Below, piece after piece: positions 19,841 to 25,607 of a stretch of DNA of 25,607 bases (its first letter is position 1; every line of letters starts with the position of its first letter). The notes under the pieces are model-generated. The model searched no databases, had not been told where the DNA came from, and was given only the letters and a program-made list of their open reading frames with translations. Source of the DNA: Armatimonadota bacterium (GTDB lineage Bacteria > Armatimonadota > UBA5829 > DTLH01). The stretch is taken from the NCBI GenBank assembly GCA_038207085.1, contig JBBRAE010000034.1:1-25607 (forward strand), given 5' to 3'. A program made the position numbers and the translations under genes.

Positions 19841-20854
19841 ATGGTAAGAAAAACAGCATCCACGATTATCGCGGCGATGGTGGCAATGGCCGTTGTAGCT
19901 CCAGCCGGAGCGGCATCATTCGGTGGCAAAGCGCTTAAGGGCGTAGCCATCGGATACGTTGTCAAGCAGTCGGCGGGGGCGCTCGATAGCTTTATCAACA
20001 AAGTTACTCTGCAGCGCGGGGTTGCCCACAACCTCGACACCAAAGTGGTCCCGATCCTTTCCGTGGGAGAAAAGGGCTACGTCGGAGCCGTGCAGATCGC
20101 CGGACCCTGGGCCTATGTGAACGAAGTCAAGGCGGTTTTTCAGTATGAGCAGAACTTCGATAACGGCCGCTACAGGATCAAGGCTCTGGTCCCGAGCGGC
20201 AGCTTGAACCCGCTTCAGCTCAAGCGCATCGAAAAGGTCGGCGTGACCGCGTTGATCGATGTTTCCCTTTCCGGCGGTCTGAAGAACGAATATTACGGCA
20301 ATGGAGTCGGCGCCAGTCAGATCATCCGCGCCGCAGCGGTCGCCGTAGGCGTGAAAGCCGTCGCCAATCCACTAAATAAGTTCATCAACACTATCACCTT
20401 CAACAAGGGTGTGGCGACTGCGGTTGTGCCGATGGCAAGCTTCGGTGAGAAGGCCTACATCGGCGGTGTGCAGATTTCGGGTTCTGCAAGGACCTTTGAC
20501 GACGTGAAGGCGGTCTGGCAGTATGAGGACCTGTTCAAGAACGGTCAGTTCAGGGTGAAGATTCTCGTGCCGAGCAACTCGATCAACCCGCTCAAGCTGA
20601 AAAGAGTCCAGGGCGTCGGTATCACCGCAGTGATCGACACGAGCATCGCCGATCAGAAAGAAGCGAACAACAATAGTTGGGATGATCGCTCCCGGGATAA
20701 CAGGGACAATCGCGACAATCGCGACTATCGTGACTATCGCGACTATCGCGACTCCAGATATGATGACGTTCGCAAAGACAAGAAAAGCAAAGACAACTGC
20801 AAACATAAAGGCTGGGACGCTCGCCAGCATGACAAACACGACGATCGTGACTGA
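19841..20854 (+). CDS. Secreted hypothetical protein with two tandem copies of one domain and a charged low-complexity tail
   Basis: AGGAGG RBS and a signal peptide. The repeats are FINKVT...VVPILSVGEKGYVGAVQIAG...VKAVFQYE...KRIEKVGVTALID and FINTIT...VVPMASFGEKAYIGGVQISG...VKAVWQYE...KRVQGVGITAVID. Confidence 0.85.
   Translation: MVRKTASTIIAAMVAMAVVAPAGAASFGGKALKGVAIGYVVKQSAGALDSFINKVTLQRGVAHNLDTKVVPILSVGEKGYVGAVQIAGPWAYVNEVKAVFQYEQNFDNGRYRIKALVPSGSLNPLQLKRIEKVGVTALIDVSLSGGLKNEYYGNGVGASQIIRAAAVAVGVKAVANPLNKFINTITFNKGVATAVVPMASFGEKAYIGGVQISGSARTFDDVKAVWQYEDLFKNGQFRVKILVPSNSINPLKLKRVQGVGITAVIDTSIADQKEANNNSWDDRSRDNRDNRDNRDYRDYRDYRDSRYDDVRKDKKSKDNCKHKGWDARQHDKHDDRD
20693..20755 (+). repeat. 9-bp coding tandem repeat (RDN x3, RDY x3, RDS)
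   Basis: cgggataac agggacaat cgcgacaat cgcgactat cgtgactat cgcgactat cgcgactcc. Confidence 0.85.
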
Positions 20855-20869
20855 CGACTGAAATAGCAT

Positions 20870-21070
20870 ATAGATGGGACATGATGGACCCAATAGATGG
20901 GGCATGATGGACCGGGATTTGCAATCCCGGTCCTATCTTTGCGGGTCTTGATCTTGATCGTGCCGTGTCTCCAGACGCGGCACGCATATTTGAGGGGTCT
21001 CCAGACCCCGTTTCTCATGGTGCGGGGTCAGAGACCCTGGGAATGTCCACACCGGATCTGGAGAACCGGC
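20870..21070. repeat. Intergenic cluster: 23-bp-period tandem repeat plus REP-like palindromes
   Basis: ATAGATGGGRCATGATGGACC at 20870 and 20893; GGACCGGGATT-TGC-AATCCCGGTCC (20909-20933); GTGCCGTGTCT-CC-AGACGCGGCAC; GGGGTCT-CC-AGACCCC; GGGTC-AGA-GACCC. Confidence 0.7.
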
Positions 21071-21101
21071 GCGATCACGCTTCACGAATAAAGCGGGCTA
21101 A

Positions 21102-21548
21102 CTATTTGCTGGTGATCCTCCTGCGGTAGACATACCTGTGAACCTCCTGCCAGTAGACCTCGTAGAGCCCGTCCCAGGGCGACCCGCCCGACTGAAGCCG
21201 TTTTCTGATGATCCGCAGCCGACGCAGGACCTCGTCGTAGGGAATGTCGAAGCGTCGTGAGATGTCCACCGGGCTCCAGCCCTCAACCGCAAGTGCAAGC
21301 AGGGCGGCTTGGGCCTTGGAAAGCGTTGCCGAGTGCGCCATCTGGGCGAGCTGCTTTCGCACCAGGTAGTCAGCCGCAAGCTTTGGTATGGCGGTTTCAT
21401 CCATCTCGGGGATTCGCCTGTCCTCGAGTCTTATCTTTCGGGCGAGTTGGCGCTCTGTGTACACCCTCGTGCCATCGCTCTCGTCCATTAGCAGTTGGTC
21501 TGCTGTCTCGTCTTCTACAAAGGTCTTTTCAAGTTGCGCTGTGGCCAT
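21102..21548 (-). CDS. Hypothetical protein with a sigma region 4/LuxR-like helix-turn-helix
   Basis: 148 aa with AGGGAG RBS. The segment LSKAQAALLALAVEGWSPVDISRRFDIPYDEVLRRLRIIRKRL resembles a sigma-4/LuxR HTH. Confidence 0.7.
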   Translation of the reverse strand: MATAQLEKTFVEDETADQLLMDESDGTRVYTERQLARKIRLEDRRIPEMDETAIPKLAADYLVRKQLAQMAHSATLSKAQAALLALAVEGWSPVDISRRFDIPYDEVLRRLRIIRKRLQSGGSPWDGLYEVYWQEVHRYVYRRRITSK

Positions 21549-21575
21549 ATTGTTCTCCCTCTGAATCGTGGCAGT

Positions 21576-21589
21576 CGAACTGATGTTCG
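21576..21589. promoter_or_regulatory. LexA SOS box (Gram-positive type, CGAAC-N4-GTTCG)
   Basis: CGAACTGATGTTCG lies between the -10 box and the RBS of the HTH gene. Confidence 0.7.
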
Positions 21590-21597
21590 CTTGCTAG

Positions 21598-21626
21598 AAT
21601 ATACCATGTTCACAAACTGTTGTCAA
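21598..21626 (-). promoter_or_regulatory. Near-consensus sigma70 promoter of the HTH gene
   Basis: Minus strand TTGACA (21626-21621), 17 bp spacer ending TGG, TATATT (21603-21598). Confidence 0.75.
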
Positions 21627-21748
21627 CACAATTCTTAGCAATAAGACAGAAATATTTCCGTCTATGAAATAGTGGAACAAGAAGGAAAGATGAGGTACAG
21701 GGCATCCGGCGAGAAAAGCCAAAAGCCGAGTGCCGGAAGTGATCGACG

Positions 21749-22459
21749 ATGCGTGCAATTAAGATTGTTATAGCCATAACCTGGTGTTTGTTGACCGTTC
21801 TTACTCCGGCGCTTGCCGACTGGCCTGCGTCGATGGAGATCGGCGGCTTTGCAGTGACTGGGATAACCGGCACAACGGGTGACGACGGCTCGGGCAAGGC
21901 GACGGGCAGGATTGTGATCCCCGGTGACGGCACGTGCCCGGTCGACCTGGTGATGAACTCATCCGGTGCGGTTACAGGCAGCGCGAGGTCGGGCTTTACG
22001 CTGGGCGGAGTGCGGATCGGCGGCAGCTTTATGCTCGACGACGGCCACGGACTGCAGGGAACCGGCGTCATCTATACTACAGGCAAGCAGATCACCGACG
22101 CCACCATTTCAGTCGACCCTCAGTCCGGCGTTTCGGCAAACGGCAAAGTGAGCCTGGGCTCCGGGTTTGAAGTGAGCGTTACCTGCGAGGCGAGCTCGCG
22201 TGGAATCTCCGTCAAGGGGTCGTCCCAGCGGGACGCAACGCTCGATACCCCCATCGCGACCTACGTTTTCAAGGGAGAGGTTGAAGTCTCCTGCTCCGGT
22301 CAGGCGATTGTCACTACCGCTACAGGCGACGTCGAACGCAAAGGCAAGGTCGGCGGTATGACGAGCGAGTTCAAGGGCGTCTCCTGCCAGGTGGACCCGG
22401 CCTCCGGCGAGGGCGAGATGAACGTCGGCGGCACAAACATTACGATCGACCTCTGGTAA
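21749..22459 (+). CDS. Secreted Gly/Ser/Thr-rich, probably all-beta hypothetical protein
   Basis: Signal peptide ending ALA-D, alternating beta-strand pattern, C-terminal Trp. No family recognised. Confidence 0.75.
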   Translation: MRAIKIVIAITWCLLTVLTPALADWPASMEIGGFAVTGITGTTGDDGSGKATGRIVIPGDGTCPVDLVMNSSGAVTGSARSGFTLGGVRIGGSFMLDDGHGLQGTGVIYTTGKQITDATISVDPQSGVSANGKVSLGSGFEVSVTCEASSRGISVKGSSQRDATLDTPIATYVFKGEVEVSCSGQAIVTTATGDVERKGKVGGMTSEFKGVSCQVDPASGEGEMNVGGTNITIDLW

Positions 22460-22559
22460 ACCCTCTTCACTGGAACACTTCAGCTCGTTTCGCGGTCATA
22501 CTATTGGAGCCACGCTTTCACACTGGCGCAGATAGCGCCATAGTGCTCAGTCTGATAAC

Positions 22560-22588
22560 TTCCATTCTGTGCCGTAGTCTGCTATAAT
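22560..22588 (+). promoter_or_regulatory. Extended -10 promoter for the beta-propeller gene and dprA
   Basis: TG-C-TATAAT (-10 at 22583-22588), with TTCCAT 17 bp upstream. Confidence 0.55.
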
Positions 22589-22624
22589 CGTGCCAGGATG
22601 CTCGTTTTATTGGGGAGGAATCCG

Positions 22625-24313
22625 ATGACTTTCAGGCGTTTGCCCTTTGTCCTGATCGCTATGATCATCGCTGCCGGTGCGTGCTTTGGCACGGACGGCG
22701 ACTGGACGATGATTAGATACGACGAAGGCCAGAGTGGCTATACCGCGCAGAAACTCAACGCACCGCTGAGTCTGTGCTGGCAATACAATGGAACCAAGTT
22801 TGATAACAACCCTTCTTCACCTGCCGTGCTCGGTGGAATGGCGTTCTACGCCTCTGGAGACAGGGTTTATGCGCTCGACTCTAAGACGGGTGAGCTCAAA
22901 TGGCGCTACCCGTCGGCCGATGGGCTGAAGTCCGTGATCAAGACCGGGATTACGGCCTGGGGGGACCTCGTCATCTTCGGCGCAACCGATGGCAACGTCT
23001 ACGCGCTCGACCGCACCAGTGGCCGCCCTGTGTGGGCTTTTGCCACCCAGAGGCCGGTGCGCTCGACTCCGATCGTGTATAACGGCATCGTCTACGTCGG
23101 AAGCGACGACAACAGCCTGTATGCGCTCGACGCCAAGAGCGGGACTCAGGTCTGGAGTGGGCCATTCCGCACCAATGACGACGTTCATACTCCTCCCGCG
23201 TTTGCGACCGGTATGGTGATCTTCACGTGTATGGATGCAAACATCTACGGCGCGAACGAAGCGAGCGGACGGATGCGCTGGGTCTATCAGTTGCCGATGT
23301 CGGCGATCAAGTGCGGGCCTGTTGTTTCAAACAATCAAGTCTACATCGCCGCAGGCCGAGCGATCCACGTGCTGAGCGCTAAGAACGGTCAGATCCGCTA
23401 CAGGATCGACCTCGAAAGTGACGTTGCCGCTCCGATCGCTATGGCCGGGAACGACATCTACGTTGTGGGTCGCAACCGAAAGCTGTACGCTTACAACGCG
23501 GGCATGTCCGGCTTCAAGCTGAAGTGGGCCGAACCCGTAACTATCGGCGTTCCCACCTCGGCTCCTCCCACCGTTGCAGGCGACGTGGTGTACGTCGGAA
23601 GCTCCAAGGGGATGATCGGCGCATACTCCACCGAAGACGGCAAGCTGCTTTGGCGCTACAACATTGCCCCGTCCGTGATCGGAAACGGCGGCAAGTCGTC
23701 CGCGTTTACCAGCATCACGGCACCGATGGCCGCAGCCGACGGCGCGCTCTTCGTCGTAACCGATGATGGGACGCTGAGCTGCTTTAGAGCTTCCTCGCCG
23801 GACCAGGCAGCCCCGAAGATTTTCAACGTGAACCCTCCGTCCGGTGTGTCGATGAACGGCTTTCCGCCGCTCACAATCTCCGGGATACTTTATGACGAGT
23901 CCTCCGGCATCGACGAGAGCACGATTGAGGTGCTTCTTGATACCGAGAAAAAGGACTTCGTATATGACCCTTCGACCCTGCTTGTCTACTGGAGCAAGCC
24001 GGTCACCCAGCCGCTCACAGCGCTTAGCGATGGACGGCACAACCTGACTATCCGGGCCAAGGACTGGAAGGGCAACCAGCTGAACTACACATGGAGCATT
24101 TCCATAGACAACAGCCTGTCGCGCCGGGCTATGCCAAAATCGGTTAAGCCTGTTGCCTCCAAGGCCCCGCGGAATAGCGGCAGTCCGGCCAGCCCAAGCA
24201 GTAGTGGGATCACCGGCAAGCCTGGTGGGATGAGCCCGGGCGCTTCGGGCGCCGATTCTGGCCCGCCTCCTCCTCCAGGGATGGATGCTCCTCCGATGCC
24301 TGGGGCTCCGTAG
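22625..24313 (+). CDS. PQQ-binding-like beta-propeller repeat protein (BamB-like) with C-terminal Ig-like domain and Pro-rich tail
   Basis: Repeated YALDxxTG/SG...W blades, a signal peptide, DGRHNLTIRAKDWKGN and a PPPPP tail. ATG 22625 follows GGGAGG. Confidence 0.85.
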   Translation: MTFRRLPFVLIAMIIAAGACFGTDGDWTMIRYDEGQSGYTAQKLNAPLSLCWQYNGTKFDNNPSSPAVLGGMAFYASGDRVYALDSKTGELKWRYPSADGLKSVIKTGITAWGDLVIFGATDGNVYALDRTSGRPVWAFATQRPVRSTPIVYNGIVYVGSDDNSLYALDAKSGTQVWSGPFRTNDDVHTPPAFATGMVIFTCMDANIYGANEASGRMRWVYQLPMSAIKCGPVVSNNQVYIAAGRAIHVLSAKNGQIRYRIDLESDVAAPIAMAGNDIYVVGRNRKLYAYNAGMSGFKLKWAEPVTIGVPTSAPPTVAGDVVYVGSSKGMIGAYSTEDGKLLWRYNIAPSVIGNGGKSSAFTSITAPMAAADGALFVVTDDGTLSCFRASSPDQAAPKIFNVNPPSGVSMNGFPPLTISGILYDESSGIDESTIEVLLDTEKKDFVYDPSTLLVYWSKPVTQPLTALSDGRHNLTIRAKDWKGNQLNYTWSISIDNSLSRRAMPKSVKPVASKAPRNSGSPASPSSSGITGKPGGMSPGASGADSGPPPPPGMDAPPMPGAP

Positions 24314-24316
24314 GGG

Positions 24317-25408
24317 ATGAATCAAGATGAGATACGGGGTTGGCTGAGGCTAAGCAGGCTTGAGCTTGTTCCACGCAGGGCGTTTGACCTTGTGAGGAGC
24401 TTCGGCAGCCCCGATGCGATATTTGGCGCAAGTGAGGCCGAGCTAAAGGCGATCGACGGCATGACAGTGCGAGCCGTCGCCAAGGTGCTCGGCCCTGAGC
24501 CTGCCGGGATCGACCAGCAGATCGGTATTCTGGGGGAGTGGGAGATCACCATGCTCTCCATAAACGACCCCGACTACCCCGCAAACCTCCGTCAGATCTA
24601 TGATCCGCCCGCTGTGCTCTACGTGCGCGGGACGCTTGAGGAGTCCGACCGGTTCTCTGTATCGATCGTCGGCTCGCGGCGTGCTTCGATCTATGGCAAG
24701 ACAATGTCTGAGCGCATCGCAAAGGACCTCTCCTCCCGTGGAATCTGCATGGTAAGCGGCGGCGCAAGAGGAATCGACGCTGCGGCCCATCAGGGCGCGC
24801 TTAAGGGCGGTGGCAGGACGATTGCCGTGCTCGGGTGCGGTGTAGATATCGCCTACCCAAGTGAGCACAAGGCGCTCTACTCCAAAATCGCCGAAAGCGG
24901 CGCGGTTGTCTCTGAGTTTTCGCCCGGGACCCCGCCTGAGGCCTGGCGCTTCCCATCACGCAACCGAATCATCAGCGGCCTCTCAAGTGGTGTTCTGGTC
25001 ATCCAGGCTCCAAAGGACTCCGGTGCGCTGATCACTGCAAAATACGCCGCCGAGCATGGCCGCGACATATTCGCCCTCCCTGGAAACGTCGACGACATCC
25101 GAAACGATGGCTGTCATGCCCTGATCCGCGACGGCGCAACGCTTGTAACCGGCGCAGATGACATCCTCCGCGAGATCGGTGTCCAGCCCGGCGAAGAGCG
25201 CAAGCCCCAGATGTCGCTTCCGATGGGTTCGCTTTCTGACATCGAGCGAAAGCTCGTTGAGCTGCTTTCGCTGCAACCTAAACACGTCGACCAGATGATC
25301 GAAGAAAGCAGCCTCCCCGCACCCACCGTCACCGGAACGCTCACGATGCTTGAGATGAAAGGCTTAGTGAAGCGAGTGCCGGGAAACGCGTATGTGCGGG
25401 CTTTGTAG
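24317..25408 (+). CDS. dprA: DNA-processing protein DprA
   Basis: YPANLRQIYDPPAVLYVRG, IVGSR, VSGGARGID, FPSRNRIISGLS, SGALITA and a C-terminal winged helix (LTMLEMKG). Confidence 0.95.
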   Translation: MNQDEIRGWLRLSRLELVPRRAFDLVRSFGSPDAIFGASEAELKAIDGMTVRAVAKVLGPEPAGIDQQIGILGEWEITMLSINDPDYPANLRQIYDPPAVLYVRGTLEESDRFSVSIVGSRRASIYGKTMSERIAKDLSSRGICMVSGGARGIDAAAHQGALKGGGRTIAVLGCGVDIAYPSEHKALYSKIAESGAVVSEFSPGTPPEAWRFPSRNRIISGLSSGVLVIQAPKDSGALITAKYAAEHGRDIFALPGNVDDIRNDGCHALIRDGATLVTGADDILREIGVQPGEERKPQMSLPMGSLSDIERKLVELLSLQPKHVDQMIEESSLPAPTVTGTLTMLEMKGLVKRVPGNAYVRAL

Positions 25409-25429
25409 AAACCAAGGGGTGACTGGGTC

Positions 25430-25461
25430 GGCAATGGCCGGCTCATAGACCGGCCACTGCC
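25430..25461. terminator. Hairpin between dprA and a convergent gene
   Basis: GGCAATGGCCGG-N8-CCGGCCACTGCC, 11 of 12 positions paired. Confidence 0.55.
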
Positions 25462-25467
25462 ACTTCC

Positions 25468-25605
25468 CTACGATCTCACAATGATCGTCGCCGGATACGC
25501 CGAGCCCGCGAGCGGGATTGTCGTAATTCTGAACTGCCTGGACTCACCGGGTTGGAGCCTGATACGTGTAACCTCGAACTCCGCCGGTGGCAGGACGAAC
25601 CTCGC
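25468..25605 (-). CDS. C-terminal end of a hypothetical protein, 5'-truncated
   Basis: Hand translation ARFVLPPAEFEVTRIRLQPGESRQFRITTIPLAGSAYPATIIVRS* ends just before the shared hairpin. Confidence 0.5.
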   Translation of the reverse strand, partial: ARFVLPPAEFEVTRIRLQPGESRQFRITTIPLAGSAYPATIIVRS

Positions 25606-25607
25606 GC

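Noticed and set aside
20870..20913. CRISPR array (also considered for 14224-14257)
   Set aside because: Only two adjacent copies, no spacers and no cas genes.
23327..24325. Long antisense ORFs (also 5415-6266, 7239-7937, 10792-11481, 769-1290, 14989-15546 and others)
   Set aside because: They overlap well-supported genes on the opposite strand and show no recognisable motifs, as expected for shadow ORFs in GC-rich DNA.

Overview
Bacterial chromosomal window with no rRNA, tRNA, CRISPR array or transposase visible. The secretin, the Gram-positive-type LexA box and the SigB-like sigma factor together suggest a diderm Terrabacteria lineage such as Armatimonadota (inference only). Contents in order: a partial exported protein, an L-fucose/L-arabinose isomerase-family gene, mntP, then a type IV pilus locus (pilM-pilN-pilO-pilP-like-secretin, a ~420 bp gap, pilB-pilT-pilC). 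The locus ends in the most unusual gene: a SigB/SigF-family sigma factor fused to a degenerate GGDEF domain whose catalytic site is lost (EDNVF) but whose RxxD I-site is intact. This is a candidate sigma factor that senses c-di-GMP directly. Convergent with it is a membrane/PAS-PAS/SpoIIE(RsbU)-type PP2C phosphatase. Next come copA co-transcribed with a secreted poly-gamma-glutamate hydrolase-like gene, a secreted tandem-domain protein, an uncharacterised HTH gene with a LexA-type box at its promoter, a secreted beta-rich protein, a PQQ-type beta-propeller protein and dprA. Intergenic regions hold several families of REP-like palindromes and short tandem repeats. All calls come from motif recognition by eye; no database searches were run.
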